From: Trypanosoma brucei
Taxonomy: Eukaryota
DNA length: 64,000 nt
Assembly: GCA_000002445.1 (NCBI GenBank)
Contig: CH464491.1
Location: 1,888,001-1,952,000 of the forward strand
Reading direction: 5' to 3'
Position numbers and translations under genes: made by a program. This document shows, one piece after another, positions 51,671-63,448 of this stretch; within the stretch, counting starts at the first letter, position 1, and the number at the start of each line of letters is the position of its first letter. The notes under the pieces were generated by a model. It worked only from the letters and a program-made list of their open reading frames with translations, was not told the DNA's origin and did no database searches.

Positions 51671-53542
51671 TCACACTGAAGCGTGCGCGGAACCCGTTTC
51701 TGAAAGTTTCTGCATCAATTTTTTCGCCTCAGCTGATCCAACAACCTTTACGCTCTTTGCCTGATTCAGTGCGGCCTCAAGAGCGGGTTGAAGCTTTTCC
51801 GGATCAGCGTAGAGCATCGCTCGCTTTTGAAGTCCATCAATAATGATTTTACTCGCACTGGAACCAGAACCGACCACAACTATGTCCACAGAAGAGAGAT
51901 TAAAAGCGCTTGGCCTAACGGGATGGGATGCAAACACGTCTTTAGCCTTCGGAGACAAGAGATGTCCACCTGCCGCCGCCAGCGCTGTCACATCTTCCGT
52001 GTACGAATGTTTCCTCTTGTAGCCGAAACCAGATACATGGCGACGGCCGTAGTGACGGTGGGAGCGAGCATGAGGCATACCAACACGGCATGGAAGCGGT
52101 TTGTGAACACGATCGAGACTCTCTTCAACCAGGTCATGCGCACACGCCTCCACTTTACTCTTGGGAGCCGACACCACGTCCCACGCGCGAGAAATCCACC
52201 CGTCGCCTATCCGGTGGTGCCGTGCACCAAATATGTACTTCGAACTTCGGAGAATATCAGCCTCTCGTTCATTTTCACAAACAACTAATGTAAGGTGCTG
52301 CGCATCGGGACTAAGTATGCTCTCTGCTACCAGTGTGAGAAGACCTTTGTCATCAGCATAAAAGCCCCAACGCGCACAGAGGAAAGCGGTGGCATCAAGC
52401 AAAATGTCACAGCTTGGTTCTGCCGCAACAACGGCTTTCATAGGAATGCTATAGGGTTCCAGCGCTATAAACTTCGGGTGCTCAAGCCCCAAATCGCGTG
52501 GCCGCGGACCACCGAATTCCTCCACAATACGAGGACTCTCAAAATCCCAACTAGGAGCGTGATAAACAAGCACTCCCGGCCGCCGCCAACCCCATTCATC
52601 AATGGGAGACTGGGTGATGCGCTTCGACAGCATGATTTCCTGTTGTGCAACGTAGTTAAACTTGCGTATGGCTGCCAGTGAGGCGAAGTAAGCATGCGTT
52701 GGGTTATCGGTGATAATACGATACGGTGTGTTTGTTGATGGATGGCTTCCGAAGACGCCATCAATGAGGTAAAACCTCAAACCCTGTCCCAAGTGGTACT
52801 GTATCTCCCTTACGACGCGCTTGCCGTGAAGTCCATCGATTACCTTGAAACCGGGAAGTTCTGGATTCTTCAGCCGGCGATGCATCTGATGTTCCGGTGT
52901 ATGTGGAAACATGAAGTACTGTCGCGGCCTTTTCTGCTCTGCCTGATTGTTGCAGTTGTAGTAATAGTCCACAGACATGGCACCCGCTTTGTTGTGGCGT
53001 CTTCCCCATGCGCGACCTCGAACCTCATATGGCCGCAGATTATACTCTCCAACACCATACGTATAGCGCCAAACGCCCGACCACATACCTGCATTTGCAT
53101 AGTCGCCTACCTGTGACCAATTCGAAACCAGGGTGCTGCTGTTCGCGTTCCACCACGGACCAGGGTCCTCGTTTGTCTTGAGGAAAAGTGTTAGTGAATT
53201 ATAACCCCATTGGTACATGGTGCGGAGGTAATTCTTTGCTGGTGAACCAGGTGAAAGACGCGGGGCAACCTCGTGGCGGAAAATAGGTTTTCGCCGTTCT
53301 TCCTCTGCATCGGGGTTGCAGCAAATTTCATTTAGAATGGACATCTGCCCCGCGCTGTGGCCCGCTTGCGGCTTGAGAGCCTCCTGCATGTTGGCATACC
53401 GCACCCCGCGCCGCTGCGAATGATGAAGGAGTGCCACGCAGCTGTCACATGCGGTTAGTCGTACACCAGCACCGGAGAGGACTCTACGAAGCATACGTGC
53501 AGCCGATTCACTCAAACTAAATAAAACGTAAAGCGGCGACAA
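51671..53542 (-). CDS. Conserved hypothetical protein (623 aa). No confidently assignable domain.
   Basis: Long ORF on the unit strand with coding composition. W/Y-rich N-terminal half (YQWGYNSLTLFLKTNEDPGPWWNANSS; WSGVWRYTYGVGEYNLRPYEVRGRAWG). Function not recognisable by eye. Confidence 0.55.
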   Translation of the reverse strand: MSPLYVLFSLSESAARMLRRVLSGAGVRLTACDSCVALLHHSQRRGVRYANMQEALKPQAGHSAGQMSILNEICCNPDAEEERRKPIFRHEVAPRLSPGSPAKNYLRTMYQWGYNSLTLFLKTNEDPGPWWNANSSTLVSNWSQVGDYANAGMWSGVWRYTYGVGEYNLRPYEVRGRAWGRRHNKAGAMSVDYYYNCNNQAEQKRPRQYFMFPHTPEHQMHRRLKNPELPGFKVIDGLHGKRVVREIQYHLGQGLRFYLIDGVFGSHPSTNTPYRIITDNPTHAYFASLAAIRKFNYVAQQEIMLSKRITQSPIDEWGWRRPGVLVYHAPSWDFESPRIVEEFGGPRPRDLGLEHPKFIALEPYSIPMKAVVAAEPSCDILLDATAFLCARWGFYADDKGLLTLVAESILSPDAQHLTLVVCENEREADILRSSKYIFGARHHRIGDGWISRAWDVVSAPKSKVEACAHDLVEESLDRVHKPLPCRVGMPHARSHRHYGRRHVSGFGYKRKHSYTEDVTALAAAGGHLLSPKAKDVFASHPVRPSAFNLSSVDIVVVGSGSSASKIIIDGLQKRAMLYADPEKLQPALEAALNQAKSVKVVGSAEAKKLMQKLSETGSAHASV

Positions 53543-55430
53543 CGGGAGGGAAAGAAGAAGAGAACTAACACCCGTGCCAACGTATACCTAACTTGTTCAT
53601 ATATATATATATATATAGAAATATGTAAGAAGAAGGACGGTGCATTAATGTGCAAAGGGGATGAACATGCAACACGTTTTGTTGCTGCAGGTGTTTGTGT
53701 GTATATGTGTGAGGCCAAAGTAGTTATTGCTCCACCAGTGACAATTAAACAGCTGTAGATGCTCCTGCATGGGTCTGTAATGCGTGATGAAATGCGAGGC
53801 GCATCCCACTGTTTGGTCACGTTTTGCGCCTGTTCCTAGGAAGACATTAAAGAGCGCCCATTAACCGCAAGAGAAGGATTAAAATAAAAAAAATAAATAC
53901 GAAAAAAAAACAGACAAAACACTGATTTGTAAGGAAGTTAACTCGTCATCCACCCACAAAAACATTCGCGCCGTTTGACAGTTAGAGACCATAAAGTGCA
54001 CAACCAAAAGTATGCGTTTCTAGAGTTGAGCTGCGTACGCTGTCCTACACGGAGTTAACCAGGGGTTATTTCGGACTTAGGTTGGAAAAAAAATTTTACT
54101 CTCAAAAGCAAAACAAAATAAGACAAGAAGAAATAAAAACGGCATGACACTACGAACATCGACACCTTATTCCTCTGTGTAGAGAAGGGTAAAGGAGAAG
54201 GAAAATGGAAGCCACCCGCAACTCACAACATTGCATGTGGTTATACGGGGCGGAAAAGACAAACACAGAAGTATGGGATGATTTTTTTTCCCCCCCCCGT
54301 TAGTGGTGATGAAGCGAGATGAGAATAAACGCGTTCGGTTACTCTGTGCGTTCATCTTCACTTTCTTTCCTCAAGAGGCGCATCATCTTTTCAATGTAAG
54401 AAAATGTTATCGCGCACGCACTCAGCAGTATGAAAGAATTCCGGGGAGCAATTTGCATGCCCTCTCCCCGATATCCTCCCCTCAGGCACGCTTAGAAAAG
54501 TTATATGAGTAAATGTTAAAAAAAAAAAAACAAAGGCATCATAAAGTCGTGCACACCTCTATCTTCTTCCCTTTTATCTCCTTTTCTTTTCTTTTCAAGG
54601 TAAATATATTAATCCGGCTTCTTTCCCCTCTTTCTTGTTATTATTTGTCTAATGTAACACCAAAGACCTGAATCCTTCTTAACACGTCGCCACTGCATCA
54701 GAGAGACGTGATCACACACGCTACAGAACGCAGGGGAAAAACATAAATATGTGCCCACACTTGCATGTTACAAAACGTGAAAAAGATGGATGCTTATGAA
54801 AAAAATAAAATAAAATTATGAACGAAACCTCCGTAGCGAGTTGGCGCGCGGTTAGTAACCCCCATTTTTCTTTTCCGCGGCGCAGCAAATGGGTAATTGG
54901 CCGCGGAGCAAGCGACTCTAAAAGAAGAAAAAATACACCGCTCACGAAATAACTGGCGTGGAGGAAGTGTAGGAGCAAAAAAAATAAAATAAAATAAAAA
55001 TAACAATAGATAATGAACGGTTTGAATTTTGGCAGTGAGTATAAAAAAAAAACAGAAAAGGCAAACGGTACAGTGATGGCGGCTGTCGCGCCGCAGGTAG
55101 CTGCACCTCATCACTTTTCCCGCCAACACACACACACACACAGACACAGACAGACGGAGTCGATAATTACACATCTTTGCTGCAGCATCAACCATCCCAT
55201 CTTCTGGTTTTCCATATGGCACCTTTCCCCTTCCTCTTTTCCTGACACATCGCTGCTGCAATGTAATGCTTTAATTTTACACCAACGACAACGATGGAAT
55301 ATTGCCGCGTTACATATTTTCTGCGCCCCACTACTGTGGACTCCCTCCACACACAAGCACAGAAGCCACTTGCATTGATGTCACCAATACCACTATTCCA
55401 CCACTGTGGTGATATATTTTTATGCCAAGC

Positions 55431-57257
55431 TCATGCAATCGTGGGGTTCCACCGTCTCGCGTGGTAAGTAGATTCTTGCACTTGGAGACAACCCTCCCCC
55501 GCTGGCGACGCATTTGCTTCACTGTAACTTATCAGCGAGTCGTACGGTGTGTTATTTGCCATTGGTGCTCTTTCCACAATATGCTCACGCGTTACCGGGT
55601 GGCCCCATGACTTGCACTGCCACGCAGAAGGCGGGCCAGCCGCCGGCGCCGGTCGATGCAAATCAAAAGGTAGTGGTGAAGTCGGTGCACTGCAGCCTCC
55701 AGGACACTTTTGAGACTCAGACGAGTTCATTACTTCACTCCTCTGCTTTGCGACATCCTGCCGGATCATTTTTTTCACACGGAGGCGCAGCTCCGATACG
55801 GTGGGGCGGTGCTCTGGAAGAGGAGAAAGCATCCACTGCAAAATCAATCGCCACGACTCAGGCACAACGTCGGGAATCACCACTGGGGATTGAAGTGTGT
55901 TTTGTATGTCCCCAATTGTTTTGAATGGAACCGATCCAACAAGTAGAGTGTAGAAGGTGACACCGAGAGACCAAACATCCATGGCGAACAGAAGTTGCTT
56001 CCGGACATCTGACTTTCCGCTTCTTCCGTTATGAACACTGTTAGCATTATTGGTGCCGTCAGCGCCCACATCACCCACGCAGGGTGATGGATCAACGCTG
56101 CAAAATACTTCCGGGGGCATAAACAACGGAGTCCCCTCGAAGCGGTGCAAACACATTTCGTCATCTCCGAGAATTGCCGCAACACCAAAATCAGAGATAA
56201 ACGCGCACTTCTTACTGTTGACGAGTATATTTTCAGGTTTGATGTCACGATGCACGATGCCGTGCCGCTGCAGATACTCCATTCCGGCGAGAATCTGGCG
56301 CGCATAATTAGTTAAGTCCTCAGGTGGGATCGGATCACAGTTCCCTTCTCTGTCTAGGCGGGCGATCGGGCCGTTGTCGATGTATTGCATGACAATGTAT
56401 AGCTTTTCAGTATCAGGATCATCGATAACCTCAAACAATGAGACAATACTCTTGTGTCGTAATTGCTTCATTACTCTGATTTCCCGCTGTAGAGCCTCCA
56501 TCCGAGCTGTTGCTGAATTACAAGCAGTCTCAATAGCTCGTCTTTTCTCCCTCGGTCGCGGGATAACTTTAATTGCTACGGACTCGTTACGCGAGAGACT
56601 GTACGCCAGCCGCACCTTACCTGAAGTTCCCTTTCCAACACTCTTCAGCAGAGCATATTCATTCAATATCGTGGTACCCTCAATCCAGTGCGATACGGAC
56701 GCATGTTTTGTGACCATGTCACCTCGCGGTATTAATAATGGCAATTTCCATTCCTCTTTAGATGAGTCATCACTACGCATAGAAAGTGATCCCAGCGGCC
56801 GCATAGCGCTGTAGTCTTCCGGATGAAGCGATGCCGGTGTTGGGGTGTCGGCGCACTCCGCCTGTTCGCTCATTTCCAGCGCTCTGGTTTGTGGCAGCAA
56901 GGCACTCAAGTCACTGAAAACATCAACACCATATACTGACAATGGCCATATGCCAATTTTACCTCCACCCATATATGTTGACAGCACCTGCGATTCTTTT
57001 GAGCGTGACGGGCTCGTTAATTCCTCGCCGCTTCGGTTGTGCGGTTTTGTACGAGTGGCTCGCAAGCGTTCTCCTACTGCAAGTTTTTGTGGTTCTGCAG
57101 GGGTACCTCCAGTTGATTCGCTCCCTTTGCTGTTAACATATTGGCTCCGTTCATCTCGTTTTGCCGAGTATACAGGAAGTCGCGCAGGAGCCGTGCCCAC
57201 ATCCGTCCATGAAAAAAGTAATGAGGAATCCTTCCCATCACCCTTGAAGGTGTTCAT
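55431..57257 (-). CDS. Ser/Thr protein kinase, CaMKK/LKB1-like. The catalytic domain is C-terminal to a ~220-aa S/T/P-rich region.
   Basis: Gly-loop VGKGTSGKV, VAIK. Insert-containing hinge VIDDPDTEKLYIVMQYIDNGPI (CaMKK-type). HRDIKPENILV, DFGVA, DVWSLGVTFYTLLVGSVPF. The ORF in the track extends to 57332, but its first 25 codons (MFFACFVCFLLLLLLLFFSSSS) translate the polyY tract. The start was reassigned to MNTFKGDGKD at 57257. Confidence 0.85.
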   Translation of the reverse strand: MNTFKGDGKDSSLLFSWTDVGTAPARLPVYSAKRDERSQYVNSKGSESTGGTPAEPQKLAVGERLRATRTKPHNRSGEELTSPSRSKESQVLSTYMGGGKIGIWPLSVYGVDVFSDLSALLPQTRALEMSEQAECADTPTPASLHPEDYSAMRPLGSLSMRSDDSSKEEWKLPLLIPRGDMVTKHASVSHWIEGTTILNEYALLKSVGKGTSGKVRLAYSLSRNESVAIKVIPRPREKRRAIETACNSATARMEALQREIRVMKQLRHKSIVSLFEVIDDPDTEKLYIVMQYIDNGPIARLDREGNCDPIPPEDLTNYARQILAGMEYLQRHGIVHRDIKPENILVNSKKCAFISDFGVAAILGDDEMCLHRFEGTPLFMPPEVFCSVDPSPCVGDVGADGTNNANSVHNGRSGKSDVRKQLLFAMDVWSLGVTFYTLLVGSVPFKTIGDIQNTLQSPVVIPDVVPESWRLILQWMLSPLPEHRPTVSELRLRVKKMIRQDVAKQRSEVMNSSESQKCPGGCSAPTSPLPFDLHRPAPAAGPPSAWQCKSWGHPVTREHIVERAPMANNTPYDSLISYSEANASPAGEGCLQVQESTYHARRWNPTIA

Positions 57258-57270
57258 TGATTTGTTGGAG

Positions 57271-57352
57271 GATGAAGAAAAAAACAACAACAACAACAAC
57301 AACAAAAAACAAACAAAGCACGCAAAAAACAAAAAAAAAGAGGAGGGAAGTG
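57271..57352 (-). promoter_or_regulatory. Polypyrimidine tract (mRNA sense), a trans-splicing/polyadenylation signal immediately upstream of the 55431..57257 kinase.
   Basis: Plus strand is almost pure purine (gaagaaaaaaacaacaacaacaacaacaaaaaacaaacaaagcacgcaaaaaacaaaaaaaaagaggagggaag), i.e. U/C-rich on the coding strand. Confidence 0.6.
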
Positions 57353-59678
57353 GTGGTTATCAGATAGCTAAATTGGTCACACCGTGCGATGGAGCCAAAA
57401 GCTTTCTGTACTTGCTCTTACGAGTATTTTTTCTCTCCTATGATCTTTTCTTCTAATTTGCCGCAGGTTGATTTCGGCTGTTTAAAATTAAAAACTATAG
57501 TCGCACAGCAAACGTACGCCGACCGTTCGTAGGCGCTGATGAAGATATGGAAAGGGTGGAAAGAAAAAAAAAGAAGAGAGAAGTCAGATAAGGTATTTTT
57601 AGAGTGGTATTTCTTGACATTGCAGAAAAGTGGACATAACAAATCATTAAATAAATAAAGTAGAATAATCATAATCATAATAATAATACGAATAACAATA
57701 AGAGAGCCGATGCAAGAAAAGAAAGGAAAACAATTTTTTTCATAACAATATTCGACAGCATACAACTCTTTACCGTAGCACATACGCACACACGTAAAGA
57801 GGAAGGAGGCGGCATCTTCTCAACGGGCCTCCGCAGAAGTGAAGCATAGTGGCATCATTCTATGAACAGTATCGAAAGGAACTGCTTTTTTTTCTTTCTT
57901 TTTTCTTTAAAAAAGAAAAACCTCTTTCCTCATCTCTCCTCCAAACACGTTTTCGTTTTCGTCTTCAGCTTCCTTTTTTTTTTCCACATCCTCTTCACCT
58001 TTTCAATTACTCCAAAATTTATTTATTTTTTTAAATCCACTTTAACAAGGTGCGACCGCTTCTTTCCCTTTCTCATTTTAACAAAAAAAAATTAAATAAC
58101 TAAATAATAAAACCTCTCGTTCTCAAAACACGCACGGGGAACAGGCAAAATGAAGGGAGGAAAATACGGGCGGGTTACGAAGCCCATGAGCAATGGAGTA
58201 GATATAATAAGGAAATTCCAAGTGGACATGAGACAAACTCGTGTGTGTGTGTGTGTATCAGGTGAAACAAAGAAATCATACGTGTGTATTAAAAAAAAAA
58301 AACAACAACAACAAAAGAAAGTAAAATATTGGTATGAAACAAAAGGGAATGTGTATAGCTTTACATCAGTGTTCCTTTGAGTGCATGTGTGAATGTTCAA
58401 GTGGGTAACCGCTACTGTGTTAAGATGAATATATTTAAATTCTGCATCATCTTCCAACTTTTGTTCGGTTGTGATGCTCCGCTTCACCAGAAAACAGCGA
58501 CTGAAGTAATTCCGCACAATAAAATTTACTTTGACGTGTACGCTCCCCCCCCCCTCCCTCCCTTCTTTCCTTCCGTCCTTCTTTCCTTTATTATTATTAT
58601 TATTTTTTTTTTTTGGTTTTAACCTCGCTTATTCTCTTCCTTTTTTTCCCCCTTCTCCATTCTCCTCGTTACTCCGCACCCACCCCTTTTTTGTTTATTT
58701 ATTTCCCTTCTGTAACGTTGCAAAAAAGGCCCTTAAAATAAGGAAACAAAAACAGGACTTGAGACAGAGTGACAAAAAGAGAGAAATTGAACTAAAATCG
58801 GGTACAATAAGGGAATGAAGGGGGAAGAGGAAAACAAAACAAAACAAAACAAAGAAGAATGGGGACTATTTCTACATCATGACGATAATAAAAATAATGA
58901 TGATAATAATAAAACATCGCAGGATAACGACGCCCCTCAAAACCTTATAGTTCTAGCAACAGATACAAACACACAAAAACAGCTAATTAACATCTTATTG
59001 ATGTTAATTAGCTGTGTATTCCCCTCGTTTCGTTCCCTTTACTTCTTCAGAATTTCCTCTTTTTTTTTGTTTCCCCCTCCTTCCTAATCGTCCATTCGCT
59101 TGGTGTTTATTCATTATTTCCGTCGTATAGGCCTTTCGTGCTTACACATCAATAACCATTCTTAATCATTTTTTCTTTTCTTTTCTTTTTTCTCCTTCTT
59201 AAAAAAAAAAATTAACCACCTTTATTATTATTGTTATTATTATGATCTTACAATTATTGCAATAATGTCCTTCTCCCTTATATCTCTTTATCTTCTCATT
59301 CGCAATCCCGTAAGGCGTGTTACCACAACCTGTCACTACCACTTTTATTTTTATTATTATTATTATTATCATTTTTTTTCCTTGGAATTACAAGCAATTA
59401 TTCCCCTTCGTAATAATTAGATGAATTTGTGTTGTCTATTTATTCGCACACAATTAAAAAGGAAAAAAAAAGCAAAAAAACGGAAAGGCAGCACAAACCT
59501 AAACATATACATCTTACTTCTTCCTCTTCCTCTTTCTTTCTTTCTTTTTTTTTAAAAAAATGTTTCCTCCCGTCCCCCTTCTCATTCTTTTCTTTTTTTT
59601 TTTGTACGCATTGTTAATAATGGCATATTTCCCCACGTTTAAGTTCCTCCATCACAACTTTTGATACGAGAAACATTT

Positions 59679-59685
<7 letters not shown>

Positions 59686-59709
<24 letters not shown>

Positions 59710-59750
59710 TTTTTTTTATATACACATATATGTATATATATTTTAATTTA
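59686..59750. repeat. Compound (CA)n(TA)n T-run TA-rich microsatellite cluster.
   Basis: cacacacacacacatatatatatatatattttttttt atatacacatatatgtatatatat. Confidence 0.85.
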
Positions 59751-60205
59751 AATGTATATGCCACGCTACCATCAACGCGCACATCTTCATGAAATAAAAA
59801 ACTAAAAAAAAATCCACCAAAGCAAAAAAAAAAAAGAAAAGAAAAGAAAAGGAAGAGGCGGGAGGGGGGAGGGGAAAAAAATAAAAAAATACAAATGAGC
59901 ACTACTCCAAAAAGGCGGCGGCACTCATGTACGAAACCTTCCATTCTTCCATACAAACTCTCTTTTCCCCTTTTCCTTTACTTATTTCTTTGAAAACGTC
60001 TTTTATCTTTTCTTTCTTTTTTTTTTTTACATAAACTGCAGCAGTAGCAGTAGTGGTGGTGGTGGTGGTGTTTGTGGGGGAGAAGAAACATTAAAAAAAA
60101 AACAGAAACAGAAAAAAAAACAAAAGAGAAGATGATTGAGGGGAGCATCATCACGAAAAACGCAAGCATACGAAAAAAAAAATGTTAGCAGCTATATGAT
60201 TCAGT

Positions 60206-60231
60206 ATATATATATATATATATATATATAT
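60206..60231. repeat. (TA)13 microsatellite.
   Basis: tatatatatatatatatatatatata. Confidence 0.9.
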
Positions 60232-61372
60232 GTTTGTATAGCGTAAATCACAAGAACAAAAATACAAAAAAAAAAAGAGCAAAAAAAAAAGCCTTCAGCC
60301 CCAAGCACAGAAGGCGTTCGTTACATCAAACAGATTAAATAAGAGGAAAGGAAGGAGGAGAATGAGAGAGGGAGAAAAAAAAAAAGAAACTACAAGTGGA
60401 GATACAATAAATGACAAAATGAAAAGAAGAAGGAGGAAACCCACCGCACTGCAAAGGAAAAAGGAAAAAAAAGGAAAAAAAGGGAAAAGGGAAGGGAGGG
60501 AAAAAAAGAAACAAAAGAAATTCACTCAGGAGAGTTGGAGGAACGCACACGCACCCACCCCCCCAAAAAAAAAGAAAAAAAAAGGAAACAAGAAAGAGAA
60601 AGCCATACCACAACAGTACCCTTTCACTTGGTCTTTCAATCCCCTTTCTTGTTTTCTTTTTTTTTTTTTCACCCTCTCTTCGTTCCTCTAACGTTGGCGA
60701 TAACAAAAAAAAAGAACAGGTAAATGTGAGGGAGGAATGGAGGAGGAATAAGAAGGAAAAAAAAAGAAAACAAGAAAGCAACAACATCAATACTGTAAAC
60801 AGAACCAACCGTCATGCATTCGCACCTACAACAGCGCACCGAGGCATACCACAAGGGCTAATTTACAAATTACAATAACAAGGCAAAAAAAAAAAAGAAA
60901 GCGGGAAATTAATGGGGTTTCAACCACACTCCCGTCCGCTCAACTACGGCACTGAAAAGAAAAAGAAAGGACAACAAAATATCGCCTACACGATGCACAC
61001 ACAGTTCTTCTTTTTTTTTTTTCGCCCATTTTTTTTTTCCACGGCTCTGCATTCTAAACTCCATTTTCCTTTTCGACGATCTCTCGCGTTCGCCACCGTT
61101 GTAAGTTTCACATGCGTTTATACGGGGTACGTGATGGAAAAATAAAAGAAAAAAATGAGTGCTCGCATTCCATTCTTTAAAGGTAGTAGTAATAGTAGCA
61201 TTATGACCAGGGAGGTAAAAGGAAAAAAAAGAAAATGGGAGGGGAACAATAAAAGAAAAGAGCAGAGGAAGACTACGATTTATTGAAAGGCCCGAAAGCG
61301 GTCAAACCACACTTGCTGAAACCCAACGCTTTTCTTCCAACTATCTACCAACCCAACTTCCCATTAAATAAC

Positions 61373-63448
61373 TCACTCCTCGTCTCCTTTACAAGGCGTC
61401 TCTCCATCCCGTTTCTCTGGAGTACGAGGGAATAATGAGCCACATAATCCCGGCAAACAACCCGCTTCCTCTTTTTTACCTTTCGCACATCTTTGCTTTG
61501 ATAAGGAGTGCACTCCTAATTGTGGGGCGGAATTCCTCTTTATAGCACAGTTGCTCGTGAGAACCTCCTGATTTGGCAACGTACCACTGCCACCGTCAAA
61601 CTCCCTGTTGTGCACATCCCTTGGGGTGGTCGCCACCGACGGCGAGACATTTGTTTGATTTCCCCGTGGTTCGATGGGAGGTAATTCAACTTTTTCACAA
61701 AAAGGCATGTCATGACATTCCAAAGGGCTTCCACCGGGAGAAACAACACGCGTCGAACGCCGGCTCAGCCGTCTTACTGGTTTCATAACGGTACCTCCCC
61801 AATTCGAACCTGAGAGGGGTTCGACATCACCACTTTTTGTGGTTGCATTGAGTTTTAGCGAGGCGTCGAAGGGATTGTCAATCCACCTAGGACTCATGGG
61901 AAGCGAAATTGCAACCGAATTATCGCCGCTGCGTTCCCTTAACAACCACGAAACATCTTCAGCATCTTTTTCGGGTTCGGTTAATGTCAAGGCTTCCTCT
62001 ATATCCTTCTCCGTAACGCAAACCAAGGTGTCGTCACACGCGTCACCAGAACTCTTATTTTTGTGGATCATTGCCTTAAATGCTTCGACAGCATGGCATG
62101 CGGTTATGCGGTTCTTGGGGTCGCGATCAAGCATCCTACGAAGCAAATTTTCCCAGTCTTCCCCATACTCAGTTGGTATCACAGGAAGGTTGGAGTCCAT
62201 AATATCGTCTATATTAGAGAAGGGAAGTCTTCCGGTAAGAAGAATGTACAATGTGACACCCATTGCCCATACATCAACTGGTTTTGCATACGACCTATCG
62301 CCTTTCCAGATCTCAGGGGCAATAAACAATATTGTCCCCTTTGTGCCCTGTATAGGCATCCCTGGTCCACATGAGGCGTTGGCTCTACTGGCTGCTAAGC
62401 TTTCTTGCATTATTTGTTCTACCCTCTCCCGTGCGCTTACGTCAAAAACCTCAGCCACGCCAAAGTCCGCCAAATACGCTCTTCCTTCTTTACTAACGAG
62501 TATATTTTCCGGTTTGATATCTCGATGCGCTATTTTGTTTTTGTGCAGATAGTCTAATCCAGAAAAAATCTGCCGAGCGTACTTCGCGAGTTGTCCAGGA
62601 GGAATAGGTGTGCAGACCTCCTCCTCGGGATCGCCAGTGGGACTACACCTAATGCGGCCGATAGGTCCACCGTCGATGTATTTCATTACAAGGTAAATTT
62701 TTCTAGCACTGGGATCGTCAATAACCTCGTACAGTGGAACGATATGTTTGTGCTTCAGCTTCTTCATGAGCGCAATTTCCCGCTGCAAGGCACTAAATCT
62801 CTCCTGCGCTGCCGTTTGCAGGCCGAACCGCGTCTTTGCCACGGGTCGACACACTTGCTTAATAGCCACAAGCGTATCGGTCTGGGTGTTGTACCCCAAC
62901 TTCACCTTACCGAACGATCCCCTTCCGATTTCTTTGAGCACCTGGTAATTGTTTATAAACTTCCCGCCGTCATCTCTCTTATCCACTCGAAGTTCACCCG
63001 TAATGCGTGCCGACCGCTGCCGTGCAAGGCTACAACTGCTATTGAGTGAAGAAGTGCAGGACGCATTTGTTGCATTTGGAAGTACCTGTATGGGACAAAC
63101 TCCACATAGCGCCCCACCACGGCATGACCTGGATCCGGCTGTCTTTCGACTAGCGAAACTAACCAATGATATTATTTCGGGATCCGTGGCACCTTCACAC
63201 TCCCCATCAGGGAGACGGGAGGGGCATCGTAAATCCTGCCCTTTATTTTTCGCTTGCCAAATTTCAGAGAGACAAGATTCATTTCTAGTGATCTCCTTAT
63301 TGTACGAGTCACTACACCCATTGTCGGCCCCTTTAACCATATGAGACGAAAAACCGCGGCCTCTGTCCAGGCTGGCATTACTTCTTTGTTTCGGTGTCGC
63401 CATCGACAAAAAGTGGGGGAGCTGCTCCGTGCATTCCTCCTGAGTCAT
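61373..63448 (-). CDS. Ser/Thr protein kinase, CaMKK/LKB1-like. Paralog of the 55431..57257 kinase.
   Basis: IGRGSFGKV, VAIK. VIDDPSARKIYLVMKYIDGGPI. HRDIKPENILV, DFGVAE, PEIW..VDVWAMGVTLYILLTGRLPFS. The ORF in the track extends to 63604 through a (TA)n repeat (LYIYIYIDNF). The start was reassigned to MTQEECTEQLPHF at 63448. Confidence 0.85.
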   Translation of the reverse strand: MTQEECTEQLPHFLSMATPKQRSNASLDRGRGFSSHMVKGADNGCSDSYNKEITRNESCLSEIWQAKNKGQDLRCPSRLPDGECEGATDPEIISLVSFASRKTAGSRSCRGGALCGVCPIQVLPNATNASCTSSLNSSCSLARQRSARITGELRVDKRDDGGKFINNYQVLKEIGRGSFGKVKLGYNTQTDTLVAIKQVCRPVAKTRFGLQTAAQERFSALQREIALMKKLKHKHIVPLYEVIDDPSARKIYLVMKYIDGGPIGRIRCSPTGDPEEEVCTPIPPGQLAKYARQIFSGLDYLHKNKIAHRDIKPENILVSKEGRAYLADFGVAEVFDVSARERVEQIMQESLAASRANASCGPGMPIQGTKGTILFIAPEIWKGDRSYAKPVDVWAMGVTLYILLTGRLPFSNIDDIMDSNLPVIPTEYGEDWENLLRRMLDRDPKNRITACHAVEAFKAMIHKNKSSGDACDDTLVCVTEKDIEEALTLTEPEKDAEDVSWLLRERSGDNSVAISLPMSPRWIDNPFDASLKLNATTKSGDVEPLSGSNWGGTVMKPVRRLSRRSTRVVSPGGSPLECHDMPFCEKVELPPIEPRGNQTNVSPSVATTPRDVHNREFDGGSGTLPNQEVLTSNCAIKRNSAPQLGVHSLSKQRCAKGKKEEAGCLPGLCGSLFPRTPEKRDGETPCKGDEE

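Noticed and set aside
60335-60808. Minus ORF 157 aa (F/L/S-rich) and plus ORF 60362..60691 (K/E/R-rich) in the kinase-kinase spacer.
   Set aside because: Mirror-image translations of the same purine/pyrimidine homopolymer block. Low complexity, not genes.
61815-61835. tRNA T-loop-like string ggggttcgacatc.
   Set aside because: Embedded in the kinase CDS with no acceptor-stem or anticodon-arm complementarity around it. Not a tRNA.
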